64,000 bases of DNA from Candidatus Iainarchaeum sp. Lineage in GTDB: Archaea; B1Sed10-29; WALL01. The notes under the pieces are model-generated. The model saw nothing but the letters and a program-made list of their open reading frames with translations, made no database searches and was not told where the DNA came from. Location: the NCBI GenBank assembly GCA_023129115.1, contig JAGMCR010000003.1:67944-131943 (forward strand). Reading direction: 5' to 3'. Positions 10,391 to 19,068 of the stretch are shown here, piece after piece; the stretch's first letter is position 1; every line of letters begins with the position of its first letter. Both the position numbers and the translations under genes were made by a program.

Positions 10391-11062
10391 CTATTTCTTG
10401 AAGAACAGCGCGTCGTCAACACGCCCCAGCTCGAATGGTGTGCTGGTCGAGCCGACGATTGCGCCGTTGGAGTTTGCGAGTATGCACCCGCTTATGAATG
10501 GGTTTCCGTAATTGAGGGAGCCAAGTTCCCCCTCGGCCTTGAACACCTTGGAGAGGAGCCTCATCTCCTCGGCAGACGCGTTGGGGTTCGCGAGGAATCC
10601 CTTGCCCGTCACCACCACGCACGAGCCCGTTGTCTCGAGCCCGGCCACATGCACGGGTGCGGGGGTGGCGCCGAACGCCTCGCCGATTCGCTTGGTCTCC
10701 TTCTCGCTGAACAGCGGGCTCACCGCGACCCCGCTGTCGTTCGCTGCCATCATGTTCCCAACGGCCGTGAACGCCTCGACGGTCACGGTGCTGAGGTAGC
10801 TCTCCAGCGCATCGGCCTCTTCCTTGTAGGCGGTGCGCGGGAGCGCGATGCACCGTGAGTTGAGGCACGCCAACACGCCGATGAGGGGCGAGTTCGCGAC
10901 AGATGCCTTCACTGCCTCGGTCTTGAGTATGTCCTCGACGAGGGTGATGAAGTCCTCGCCCGTGTTCGGGGGGAGGAACGTCACTTTGTCGTTGGTCGCC
11001 GCGAACACGCCGACGAACGCGGTTCCCAGCAAGTCACTCTGCTCTATGTACATGCCCTGCAC
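10391..11062 (-). CDS. eif6: translation initiation factor 6 (aIF6)
   Basis: 223 aa; pentameric-repeat eIF6 fold signature; conserved neighbourhood. Confidence 0.9.
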   Translation of the reverse strand: MQGMYIEQSDLLGTAFVGVFAATNDKVTFLPPNTGEDFITLVEDILKTEAVKASVANSPLIGVLACLNSRCIALPRTAYKEEADALESYLSTVTVEAFTAVGNMMAANDSGVAVSPLFSEKETKRIGEAFGATPAPVHVAGLETTGSCVVVTGKGFLANPNASAEEMRLLSKVFKAEGELGSLNYGNPFISGCILANSNGAIVGSTSTPFELGRVDDALFFKK

Positions 11063-11515
11063 CTAAGCGAGCACCGCAGTGGCGCGCTTTTCCTCTTCCT
11101 GGATTTTTACCTTGATTCTCCGCGGGGGCGACTGAATTCCCTTGTTCCAGAGCGCCTCGTTGACCGACGGGTCGATGAATGCCTCTTTCCTCGTGTGCTT
11201 CTTGATGTAGCGCCTTACCTCCCTCGCCGCGTACCTCACGCGTGAGGTGCGGGGGTGGTCGAACGCCTTCCGGAGGCTGATTGTGTGGACTGACTCCTTG
11301 ACTATTTTCTTTTCTTCTTTGTCGGCCTCTTCCTTCTTCTCGCCGGTTGGCTTTGCCTCTTCTTTTTTTGCCTCTGGCTTTTGGGGTGTCGCCGCCTCTG
11401 GCGCGGATACCCCGGCTTTTGGCTTTTCTTCCTTTGCCGGCTTTGGCTCAGCCTTCGGCTTTTTCTTTTCCTCTTCGGCCTTCTTTTCTTTCTTTTCTTC
11501 TTTTTTCTCAGCCAT
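11063..11515 (-). CDS. rpl31e: 50S ribosomal protein L31e with a ~70-aa Lys/Glu-rich N-terminal extension
   Basis: C-terminal 80 aa match L31e (SVHTISLRKAF...RIKVKI); the N-terminus is a KE-rich low-complexity repeat. Confidence 0.85.
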   Translation of the reverse strand: MAEKKEEKKEKKAEEEKKKPKAEPKPAKEEKPKAGVSAPEAATPQKPEAKKEEAKPTGEKKEEADKEEKKIVKESVHTISLRKAFDHPRTSRVRYAAREVRRYIKKHTRKEAFIDPSVNEALWNKGIQSPPRRIKVKIQEEEKRATAVLA

Positions 11516-11520
11516 GCCAC

Positions 11521-11712
11521 TCAGTCCTTAGCGCCCTTTTTCCTCAGGGTCTTCGCGAGCGAGTTGCGCCTCCAGTGCCTCTGCTTGGGGTTCGTGGAGA
11601 CCGCGCGGTTGGTCTTGAGCATGACCCACATCGGCACGCGCTTGTTGCTCTTCCCTGCCCTTGCAAGGATTTCCTTGGTTTTTGTGTCCTTCCGGCTTGG
11701 CATCACAGTCAC
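11521..11712 (-). CDS. rpl39e: 50S ribosomal protein L39e
   Basis: 63 aa, highly basic, ...[17 protein letters not shown] matches L39e. Confidence 0.9.
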   Translation of the reverse strand: MTVMPSRKDTKTKEILARAGKSNKRVPMWVMLKTNRAVSTNPKQRHWRRNSLAKTLRKKGAKD

Positions 11713-12026
11713 TTCCTCTTAATCGTTATTTCCCTTTTTTCCCCGCTTATCTTGGAAAGGAGTTGCTTCAATGTTGCGTCATCGATTTTTTGGACCCTCC
11801 CGGACTGCGCGAGGTAGATGACGAGCTTCTCGACCTGCTCCGCCAGCAATGGGTTCCCCAGCTTCAGCGTCGTGAGGCGGGACTTGGCAGCGGGCGTCAG
11901 CAATTGCTTGAGCACGGCGTCCTTCTGAAGCTCCATTGCCACCCTCGTCTCCTGCTCCGCCTGCCTGTCGGCAAGCTGGGCCTGCAGGTCTGCGGCGCGC
12001 TTCTGCCTTAGCTCATCGAGGTCCAT
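11709..12026 (-). CDS. PDCD5/TFAR19-like DNA-binding protein
   Basis: 105 aa from the internal Met ([17 protein letters not shown]...); ATG at 12026 sits 1 nt after the S19e stop; the longer 232-aa frame of the ORF track reads across the S19e tail and is rejected. Confidence 0.7.
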   Translation of the reverse strand: MDLDELRQKRAADLQAQLADRQAEQETRVAMELQKDAVLKQLLTPAAKSRLTTLKLGNPLLAEQVEKLVIYLAQSGRVQKIDDATLKQLLSKISGEKREITIKRK

Positions 12027-12027
12027 C

Positions 12028-12804
12028 TTACTCCTTTTCCTCCTTTGGCTCTGCCGGCTTCCCCGCCTTTTTGGCTGGCTTTTCTTCTTTCTTTTCTGCC
12101 GGCTTAGCTTCTTTTGGCTTGGGCGTTGCCTCTTTCTTTTCTGGCTCAGGCGTTGCCTCTTCTTTTTCTGGCTCAGGCGTTGCCTCTTCTTTTTTGGGCT
12201 CTGCCTTCTTGGCTGGCTTTGCCTCTTTCTTTTCTGGCTTGGGCTCGGGCTCTTTCCTGGGCTTTGCCTTTTCTTTCTTGGGCTCTGCCCCTTTCTTTGG
12301 CTTAGCCTCTTTCTTGGCGGTTGGCTTCCTGGCTGGAGCTTTTTCCTTTGTAGTGGGCTTTGGCTTTGCCTCGCGGCGCGGGGCCACCTTTGCAGCTGTC
12401 TTGTCAAGGAGCGACTGGCCCTTGGCCGTTATTTTCCTGCCGTTGCCTTCTTTGGCTATTAGGCCAGCGGCCTCGAGCTGCTGGAGGCATAGCCGGATGA
12501 CCTTGCCGCCGGCCGGGTAGTGCCGCTCTGGCTTTGCGCCGCGGTTCTTCCTGCCGCCGTACCAGTTCCTGAGCTTTTGCACCCCAACGGGCCCGCGCAT
12601 ATAGACCTGCCTTAGCACAGAAGCCGCGCGCACGTACCACCAGTTGGGGTCGTGGGGGGGCCTCTGGGCGTGGGCGCCGGTCTTCACGAATTTTGCCCAC
12701 TGGGGAGGGTTAACTATGCCCTCTTTCTTCATTGTCCCTGCCAGCTCGTCGATTAGCCGGCCAGGCGATACGTCTCTTGTTGACATCTTTTCACCTTTAA
12801 CCAA
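12028..12804 (-). CDS. rps19e: 30S ribosomal protein S19e with a ~110-aa Lys/Pro/Glu-rich C-terminal tail
   Basis: N-terminal 145 aa match S19e (NPPQWAKFVKTG..NWWYVRAASVLRQVY); the C-terminus is tandem KPEPEKKEA-type repeats. Confidence 0.9.
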   Translation of the reverse strand: MVKGEKMSTRDVSPGRLIDELAGTMKKEGIVNPPQWAKFVKTGAHAQRPPHDPNWWYVRAASVLRQVYMRGPVGVQKLRNWYGGRKNRGAKPERHYPAGGKVIRLCLQQLEAAGLIAKEGNGRKITAKGQSLLDKTAAKVAPRREAKPKPTTKEKAPARKPTAKKEAKPKKGAEPKKEKAKPRKEPEPKPEKKEAKPAKKAEPKKEEATPEPEKEEATPEPEKKEATPKPKEAKPAEKKEEKPAKKAGKPAEPKEEKE

Positions 12805-12863
12805 AATGGGACTCGTCAGAAAATGCCTCGTTTAACGCCAGAAAAACAAGGTTTCTAGACTCG

Positions 12864-13187
12864 CTATGCTTTTTGAGTGCCTCGCTTTTTAAGCTTTTCG
12901 CCGGTTCCGTGGCGCATTTTGTGGCCGCATTCGAGGCAGGTATAGGTTATGACGCCCTTCGGGCGCCTGGGCTTGCGGACGCGGAGGTTTTTGCCGGGAA
13001 CGAGGAATGCGCCGCATTTCTTGCATATCCTTTTCTTGGCGTGGGGGGGGAGGGGGGCCTTGTACTTTTTGGAGCGCTTGCGGGCCAGGGAGGCGTAGCG
13101 CCGGGACTTGGGCCCGCCTTCCTCTGCCAGGCCAAGCAATTTCCTTATCATTTCCTGCGCAGCTTTCTTTACCCAGCTAGGCCTCAT
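12864..13187 (-). CDS. rnp4: RNase P protein component 4 (Rpp21/Rnp4, Rpr2 family)
   Basis: 107 aa from the internal Met; zinc-ribbon region RICKKCGAFLVPGKNLRVR...TYTCLECGHKMR matches Rpr2; the upstream part of the 176-aa track ORF is not protein-like. Confidence 0.75.
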   Translation of the reverse strand: MRPSWVKKAAQEMIRKLLGLAEEGGPKSRRYASLARKRSKKYKAPLPPHAKKRICKKCGAFLVPGKNLRVRKPRRPKGVITYTCLECGHKMRHGTGEKLKKRGTQKA

Positions 13188-13239
13188 GCTGGTTTTTTCC
13201 CCCCAAACCTTTAAAAAGCCGTGTGGTTTTATTAGGGAA

Positions 13240-13539
13240 ATGATTAGCATGGTAGCTAAAAAAGACATGAAGAAAAGTGCCGAGAACTTGGCCCTTCTGG
13301 TGGCTGTGCAGATGCTTGGCTTCATAGTGCTGGAAGTCATTGTGTGGCTTCTCGTGTCAATTGGATGGTTCCCCCCACAGCTGATTCTCAGCAACTCGGG
13401 TGGCGTAGTCCTCCAGATAAACAGCGCTTACCTGATAATCGCGGGACTTATGTCCCTGCTCGTGGCTGGCTTCTGGCTTGCGATACTCACTGAGGTATTC
13501 GGCATTGTTGAGGTCGGTAGGATTAAACTGAAATTTTAG
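13240..13539 (+). CDS. small membrane protein (2 predicted TM helices), paralog of the next gene
   Basis: starts MISMVAKKDMKK; Lys-rich N-terminus followed by two hydrophobic helices; TTTAAAAA element about 25 nt upstream. Confidence 0.5.
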   Translation: MISMVAKKDMKKSAENLALLVAVQMLGFIVLEVIVWLLVSIGWFPPQLILSNSGGVVLQINSAYLIIAGLMSLLVAGFWLAILTEVFGIVEVGRIKLKF

Positions 13540-13547
13540 GTGGATAC

Positions 13548-13874
13548 ATGGCTGCAAGGAAAAAGAAGAAGAGTGCAAAAAGGAAAGTGGCACAGTCAGT
13601 GCCGAAGGTTGACCAGCTCATGAACCTGGCCCGCATAACAGCCGTCGAGATATTGGGTTTCATTATCTTCGAGGTTGTTTTGTGGCTGCTGGTGCTCGTG
13701 AACGTGGTGCCTGCCTCCATCGTCATAAAGCGCGTTGGCATGATTGAAATCAGCATGAACACTGGTTACCTTGCCATCGTCGGCCTTGTGGCTGTGCTCG
13801 TGGCTTCCTTCTGGCTTGCGATACTCGTTCAGATGGGAATCGTCAGGCTCGAGCAAGTCGACTTCGAGCTATAA
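13548..13874 (+). CDS. small membrane protein (2 predicted TM helices), paralog of 13240..13539
   Basis: 108 aa; Lys-rich N-terminus then LGFIIFEVVLWLLV... and LAIVGLVAVLVASFWLAIL, collinear with the upstream paralog. Confidence 0.55.
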   Translation: MAARKKKKSAKRKVAQSVPKVDQLMNLARITAVEILGFIIFEVVLWLLVLVNVVPASIVIKRVGMIEISMNTGYLAIVGLVAVLVASFWLAILVQMGIVRLEQVDFEL

Positions 13875-14293
13875 GGCTGGGATTAAAAAAAGCGCAAACT
13901 TGGGTAGCGGCAGCCAAACTATGCCTATTTGCGGGGCTTCACGCCCCGCTTTAGTCTGCGGTTGGTCCAATCGCAACTGGACAAATGGGCCCGCCCGTAT
14001 CAGCTGAAACTCAGCTGGCACGTTGTCCGTGCCCCCCCTGGCGCTGGCCAGCGGACAAACAACAAAAAACTGCGAGCGTCAGCGAGCTCTTACCCACTCA
14101 CCTGGGGGGATGCTTCCCATTTCGGCGATTTCGTATCGCCTTATTTCGGAAATTTCGGCGACTTTGTCGCCTTATTACGATAATCAAAGTCGCCAGAAAT
14201 GAGTTAATCTTTGATTAACGTAATCGCCAGAAATAAGGGAATCCGCGATTCCCGAAAGGGTAGCGGGGGGCTGTGCCCCCCGAGACGCTGGAA

Positions 14294-14368
14294 TGGGCCC
14301 GCCCGGATTCGAACCGGGGATCCTCGCCGTGTAAAGGCGATGTCATAACCAGGCTAGACCACAGGCCC
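14294..14368 (-). tRNA. tRNA-Val (anticodon UAC); no encoded CCA
   Basis: cloverleaf folded by hand: acceptor GGGCCUG/CGGGCCC, anticodon stem UCGCC/GGCGA with loop UUUACAC, T-arm CCCGG-UUCGAAU-CCGGG, discriminator A. Confidence 0.85.
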
Positions 14369-14423
14369 GTGGCACAAATTCTGGGCAAAAAGCTTTTTAT
14401 AGCCACATGGTTTAGACGAAGGT

Positions 14424-14777
14424 ATGCACCGAGTAATCCTCCTCCGCATAGGCGGCAAGAAGCTGCACCTGCTCAAGATGACCGGCGCGCTCATTGTTGT
14501 GGGGGCGGCGCTTGGCGTGCTGGGCACTGTCTCGTCCTTGTTCAGGCTCATCAAGCAGCTAGAGCTCGCGCAGGGCAGCACCGCAGTTGCAATCCAGGTG
14601 TTTGGCCTGCTGCCAGAGGCGCTCACGGGCGACCTGATGCTCGGCTACTTCATGATTCCCAGCGCGTGGTTCATGTTCTGGCTCGCGCTGTTCATAGTCG
14701 GTGCGATGCTTTACCGCACGGGCAGCATAATTCTGCCGATAGAGGAAGAGATTGAAGTAGAAAAGAAAAAGGGCTAA
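14424..14777 (+). CDS. hypothetical small membrane protein
   Basis: 117-aa ORF with two or three hydrophobic segments; no recognisable domain; start codon uncertain. Confidence 0.4.
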   Translation: MHRVILLRIGGKKLHLLKMTGALIVVGAALGVLGTVSSLFRLIKQLELAQGSTAVAIQVFGLLPEALTGDLMLGYFMIPSAWFMFWLALFIVGAMLYRTGSIILPIEEEIEVEKKKG

Positions 14778-16132
14778 GCCATCGTGTAGATGGCTATTCC
14801 CTTCCTGTCCTCTATCTTTGCCTTCTTCAGCCCAACGATTGTGCCGACCTTCTTTTCTGCAGCCAAGTCGATGAGCCTCTGCGTTATGATGCCGTCGAAC
14901 ACGACCTTGTCAATCTCTTTCTTGGTCCGCATTTTGTTGACAAGCTCTGCGACCTGGACTTCCCCGAGGGCCTTTCCGTCTTTGTTGAGGAGCACGGCCT
15001 TCATCGAGCCCTTTATCGTGTCGTAAATCTTGGACAGCTCATTGGGGACGGGCGTTGGTGCCGGCCTTTCCCGCCTCTCGCGTGGCTCGCGCCCACCGCG
15101 GTCACGGCTGCCGCGCTCGCTGCGTCCGCCACGTTCGCGGCCACCGCGCTCTCTTGAGTCGCGCCCGCTGCGCTCGCGGGGCTCACTGCGCCCACCACTG
15201 CGCTCACGGGGCTCACTGCGCCCACCACTGCGCTCACGGGGCTCACTGCGTCCACCACTGCGCTCGCGGGGCTCGCGCCCTCCGCCGCGGAACGGCGTCC
15301 TGACAGAGCTCTTGAGCGCGAAGCGCTTGAACGGCAGGCGGTTCTTGAGGCACTTCAGGATTTCCTTTTGCGTGAGCTCCTCGACTTCCTTGCCGTCCGG
15401 CGCCTTGGCCACGTACTCCACCCTGCCGGAATCGCTGAAGTTTCGCACGACCATGTCGCCGCCGCGGTCCCCGTCAACGAACATCGTGACCTCTTTTGTC
15501 TTGGATAGCGCGACAACTGTCTTGGGTATGACCGCGCCCTTCAGCGAAATCATGTTCGTCATCCCTGCCTTCAGGAGCGTGAGCACGTCTGCCCTGCCCT
15601 CGACGACGATTATTTCGTCAGAAGAGTCGACGTCCGGGCCGGCGGGCAGCTTTTCCGGGCCGTAGAGCTTGAGCTTGGCCGTCTTTTGGCTGGCCTTGAT
15701 TTCGCCCGTGAGCTCTTTGGTCTCCTTGTGCTCGCCCCCGAAGTCCTTGAGCAGTGCCTTGGCGCGATTCATCACGAAGTCACGCTTTGACGCGCGGGTG
15801 TCGTCGATGTCTTTTATCGCTATCTTGGCTGTGCACGGCCCGACGCGGTCCACTGTCTCGAGGACTGCGCCGATGAGTGCGGTCTCGCTCTTGTCGAGGC
15901 TGGACGGCAGCTCAATCGTGCCCTTGCACTTGCCCTTGTTTACCTTTATGTCGACCTCGATGCGGCCGATTTTTCCTGCCTTGAGGAGCTCGCGTAAGTC
16001 GAGCTCGTCAGTCAAAAGCCCCTCGGTCTGGCCGAAAATCGCGCCGACCACATCGGGCTTCTCGACGATTCCGTCGATTTCAATTGTTCCCTTGATTAGG
16101 TACTTTACGGTATCAATGTATGTTTTTCCCAT
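14774..16132 (-). CDS. dnaG: archaeal DnaG primase-like protein (TOPRIM), with an internal Arg/Ser/Gly/Glu-rich tandem-repeat insertion
   Basis: collinear with archaeal DnaG (VEKPDVVGAIFGQTEGL, IIVVEGRADVLTLLKAGMTN, FVDGDRGGD); the ~75-aa insert (REPRERSGGRSEP)xN has no counterpart in typical DnaG. Confidence 0.9.
   Translation of the reverse strand: MGKTYIDTVKYLIKGTIEIDGIVEKPDVVGAIFGQTEGLLTDELDLRELLKAGKIGRIEVDIKVNKGKCKGTIELPSSLDKSETALIGAVLETVDRVGPCTAKIAIKDIDDTRASKRDFVMNRAKALLKDFGGEHKETKELTGEIKASQKTAKLKLYGPEKLPAGPDVDSSDEIIVVEGRADVLTLLKAGMTNMISLKGAVIPKTVVALSKTKEVTMFVDGDRGGDMVVRNFSDSGRVEYVAKAPDGKEVEELTQKEILKCLKNRLPFKRFALKSSVRTPFRGGGREPRERSGGRSEPRERSGGRSEPRERSGGRSEPRERSGRDSRERGGRERGGRSERGSRDRGGREPRERRERPAPTPVPNELSKIYDTIKGSMKAVLLNKDGKALGEVQVAELVNKMRTKKEIDKVVFDGIITQRLIDLAAEKKVGTIVGLKKAKIEDRKGIAIYTMA
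15151..15270. repeat. tandem ~30-bp DNA repeat (3-4 copies of GCTCACTGCGCCCACCACTGCGCTCACGGG) encoding the RS/RG repeat inside dnaG
   Basis: direct inspection of 15171-15270. Confidence 0.7.
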
Positions 16133-16138
16133 TTGTAT

Positions 16139-16522
16139 TCACCTGTTTATTTCGTTTTCAAACAGGGAGGGCACGTCCTCGAACTCGGTGTAGCCGAGCA
16201 GCTTTTTGAAGCGCGTGCGGAACGATAAGTCCGGCCTAACGCATTCGTTCAAGAAAGAGTCCCGCAGTCCCTTCGCCGCCTTTTTTCCGTAGGCGTCGAA
16301 GTCAGTGAGTATTATCACTTCCTGGCATTTCCCTGCCAGCTTTTCGGCCAGCTCGCTGTAAGGCGTCCTGGACAGCTGCTCCACGCGGCCCTTCATGCCG
16401 AGCGTGCGCAAAGCGCGCTCGTCATTGGGCCCCTCGACCACTGCAATCGCCCCCGAGTCGAGGGCGGATTGGAGGTCGGCGAGCAGGCGGTTCAGCTTGT
16501 CTGCCTTTTCAACTCCAGTCAT
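16139..16522 (-). CDS. small TOPRIM-domain protein (COG1658 / RNase M5-like)
   Basis: 127 aa; AVVEGPNDERAL...IILTDFDAYGKK Toprim signature. Confidence 0.7.
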   Translation of the reverse strand: MTGVEKADKLNRLLADLQSALDSGAIAVVEGPNDERALRTLGMKGRVEQLSRTPYSELAEKLAGKCQEVIILTDFDAYGKKAAKGLRDSFLNECVRPDLSFRTRFKKLLGYTEFEDVPSLFENEINR

Positions 16523-16833
16523 TTTATCAGTCTTTTGACCGAGTCAGCGTCTTTTGCCGTCAGCAGCGCCTTGCGCCGCGACTTGTGACCTGAAATGATT
16601 TTGACTTCTGCGGAAAGCATCTTTCCCAGCTCAGTAACGAGTTCCTGGTTTGCCTTCCCTTCAATTGCTTTGCTTTTTACTTTGACTTTGATGTCTCCTG
16701 TCCATTCGTCCTCGCCGGCGATTTGAAATTCCTTGCTGCCGGGGACGACGCGGACATTGATGACTGCCCCCTTCGGGGTCTGTTTTATCACTCTTATCAC
16801 ATTGTGAGTGGGAGTGTCGCCCCGCTGTAACAC
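16519..16833 (-). CDS. DUF167 / YggU-family protein (UPF0235)
   Basis: 104 aa; INVRVVPGSK...GKANQELVTELGKMLSAEVKIISGHKSRRKAL matches the DUF167 pattern. Confidence 0.7.
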   Translation of the reverse strand: MLQRGDTPTHNVIRVIKQTPKGAVINVRVVPGSKEFQIAGEDEWTGDIKVKVKSKAIEGKANQELVTELGKMLSAEVKIISGHKSRRKALLTAKDADSVKRLIK

Positions 16834-17000
16834 CCTTGGTCATGGGCCGAAGCCTTCCAGGGCTGACCCGCGGGGCTGTACTGCTCCTTGTTGACAACAA
16901 CGGCATTGCCCGAAGGCTTCGAAGTGCCATCCAGAAGCAGCTGAAGGTATTGCTAATGCTGCCCTTTATAAAGGTTCCTGTAAGGTTGTTGCAAATGGGC

Positions 17001-17711
17001 TTATCGGGGCTTCGGGGGCTTGAATCCCTTTAATTTGCCCCAGTTCTCCTCGTGGTGGTCGTGGAGCACGCCAATCTGGGCGTCTATTCGGTTTATTTCG
17101 TTTAGCCGGTGCTCCATCTCTTCTGCGATGAATGCTTCTTTTGCCTTACGCACGTCAATGTCCCCGATTTTTTTTGCCTCGGAGAGCTTGAGCAAGTCCA
17201 GCAAAATGCCTTTTTGCTCCTTAAGGCCTATTGCCTTTTTTATCCGCTCACGCGCCTGCATGAGAAACAAAAACGATGCGCCGGTCGCGCCAACGTTGAA
17301 GATGGTATCTGATATCAACTGCGTTTCGCTGTAGGTGTCTGTCTTGAGTAGAACCATGGGCACAACAAAAGCGGCGGCAAGGCTCGCCCCAGCCGCCACA
17401 GTGCTGGCGGCTATGCTGATCTTGTTTTTGATTATGTCTTTCTTGATTCCCTTGAGCCTTTCCTCAATTCCCTCGCCTTGCAGCGTGCCGTTGCCCACGT
17501 CGTTAAGCAAGTCATAGACGGCTTGATGCGCGTCCCTTATCTTTCTGAGGTTCTTCATCCACTTGCTCGTGAAAAACCGGGTCTTTGGCTTCTTGCTGCA
17601 AAGCCTGTCGGTAATCTTGCTCAATCGCTTTGCGCCCTCGTATTCCTTCATCACGTCGCGCGGCAGGTATTTCTGGGGCTTGGCCATGGCAAGGATTAGG
17701 GCGAGCGGCAT
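17001..17711 (-). CDS. hypothetical protein with a central hydrophobic segment
   Basis: 236-aa ORF with coding-like composition; no recognisable domain. Confidence 0.5.
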   Translation of the reverse strand: MPLALILAMAKPQKYLPRDVMKEYEGAKRLSKITDRLCSKKPKTRFFTSKWMKNLRKIRDAHQAVYDLLNDVGNGTLQGEGIEERLKGIKKDIIKNKISIAASTVAAGASLAAAFVVPMVLLKTDTYSETQLISDTIFNVGATGASFLFLMQARERIKKAIGLKEQKGILLDLLKLSEAKKIGDIDVRKAKEAFIAEEMEHRLNEINRIDAQIGVLHDHHEENWGKLKGFKPPKPR

Positions 17712-18521
17712 TTAAGCTTTTTTCGCCAGATAGGCCACGATGTCGGTCTTGGTGATGATGCCCTTCAACTCGTTGTTGTCGATTACGACGATTGAGCCGA
17801 TTCCCCGCTCGAGCATTAGCTTCGCGGCTGAGGCGGCGTCGCTCTTCGATGGGATGGTGTAGAGCTCTTGTTGCATCAGGTCCTCTACGATTGCGGGCTT
17901 GAAGTACACGGCCCGTGACTTGCCCTTGTCGCGCGGGTAGACCAGCTTGTCTGGCCGCAGGCCGTAGGTCGAGAGCGCGAGGTCGCGCGCCGTGAGGATG
18001 CCGATGGGCTTGCCGTCTATTACGACGAGGCGGCCGATGTCGTGCTCCTCCATCTCCTTGGCCGCGCGGAAAATCGAGTGGAACTTGCCGATGGTCTGGA
18101 CGCTCGTTTTCATCAAGTCCGCGACAGCTGCTTCGCCTGGATAGTTCTTGACAAAGTAGCTGGTGAGGTCGGTCTTCGTGATTATGCCGAGGACCTGCTT
18201 GTTCTCCGAGTCGAAGACTATGACGGCGGGGGAGTTCGTGTCGGCAAAAAGCCCTGCCACTTCTTCCGGGGTGGTGTTCGGCCCGGTGAGCGCAACGTCC
18301 TCCTGCATAATCTCGGATGCCTTGACCGCGTCAATGGGCTCGTGCAGGCGGTAAAGCGCGTCGCTGATGCCGCGCTCGGTGACGACGCCGATGACTGTGC
18401 CCTTGTCGATTACGGGCAGCGTGGAAATCTTGTGCTGCACCAAGTGCCTGCGCACGTGTGCCACAGTGTCTTCAGGCCCGACGAAGTAGACGTCGCCCGT
18501 CATTATGTCCATAGCGTTCAT
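17712..18521 (-). CDS. CBS-domain protein (four CBS motifs)
   Basis: repeated CBS signatures (ISTLPVIDKGTVIGVVTERGI, GRLVVIDGKPIGILTARDL, GSIVVIDNNELKGIITKTDI). Confidence 0.8.
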   Translation of the reverse strand: MNAMDIMTGDVYFVGPEDTVAHVRRHLVQHKISTLPVIDKGTVIGVVTERGISDALYRLHEPIDAVKASEIMQEDVALTGPNTTPEEVAGLFADTNSPAVIVFDSENKQVLGIITKTDLTSYFVKNYPGEAAVADLMKTSVQTIGKFHSIFRAAKEMEEHDIGRLVVIDGKPIGILTARDLALSTYGLRPDKLVYPRDKGKSRAVYFKPAIVEDLMQQELYTIPSKSDAASAAKLMLERGIGSIVVIDNNELKGIITKTDIVAYLAKKA

Positions 18522-18527
18522 GCTGGC

Positions 18528-19064
18528 TCACTCCCTGCACTCTGGGCACTTCAGCACGCCTTGCATATTGACCAGCTCCTCGGAAAACGCGTTGCACGTC
18601 TCGCACACGCCAGAAATCTTGCGCACTTCCTTTTCGGGGAGGCCGCAGCGCATCTCGACTGCCTCTGCGACGAGCTCGAAGAGCGCCGGCGAGACCGCGA
18701 TTATGTCTGTTTCGGTCACGATGCCGACCAATTTGTTGTTGTCGACGACTGGGAGGCGCTTGATTTTCAGGTCGCGCATTACCTGGCTCGCCTTCTGCAG
18801 GTCAACGGTGGATTCAATTGTGCGGATTGGGTGGCTCATCACTTCCTTTATCAGGATTTTTTTTGCGTCCTTGTGGTCGTAGAAGACGCGCTCGAGGAGG
18901 TTGCTGTCCGTCAGGATGCCGATTGGGTTGTGGTCCTCGGCCACAATGACCGAGCCTATGTCGAGTTCGACCATGTACTTCAGGGCTTTTTCGCAGTTGT
19001 CGCCCGGCTTCACCGTGACGACGCTTTTTCGCATCACGTCAGCTATTTTGACTCCAATTTGCAT
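18528..19064 (-). CDS. CBS-pair protein with a C-terminal zinc ribbon
   Basis: two CBS motifs followed by CETC...CPEC. Confidence 0.8.
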   Translation of the reverse strand: MQIGVKIADVMRKSVVTVKPGDNCEKALKYMVELDIGSVIVAEDHNPIGILTDSNLLERVFYDHKDAKKILIKEVMSHPIRTIESTVDLQKASQVMRDLKIKRLPVVDNNKLVGIVTETDIIAVSPALFELVAEAVEMRCGLPEKEVRKISGVCETCNAFSEELVNMQGVLKCPECRE

Positions 19065-19068
19065 TTGC

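Noticed and set aside
11709-12407. 232-aa track ORF read as one gene
   Set aside because: The N-terminal 127 aa are an Arg/Lys/Gln-rich out-of-frame reading of the S19e repeat tail. The real gene is the C-terminal 105 aa (PDCD5-like) starting at the Met at 12026, 1 nt after the S19e stop.
12864-13394. 176-aa extended ORF for the RNase P Rpp21 gene
   Set aside because: Only the C-terminal ~107 aa match Rpr2/Rpp21. The upstream 69 codons are Cys/Ser/Thr-rich non-homologous sequence and would overlap the promoter of the divergent membrane-protein gene.
13900-14290. Non-coding region near tRNA-Val considered as SRP RNA or RNase P RNA
   Set aside because: I could not find the conserved RNase P P4 elements or SRP RNA domain-IV motifs by eye. 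The region is better described as short direct/inverted repeats bounded by a tRNA 3'-end duplication. A covariance-model search is needed to exclude an ncRNA.
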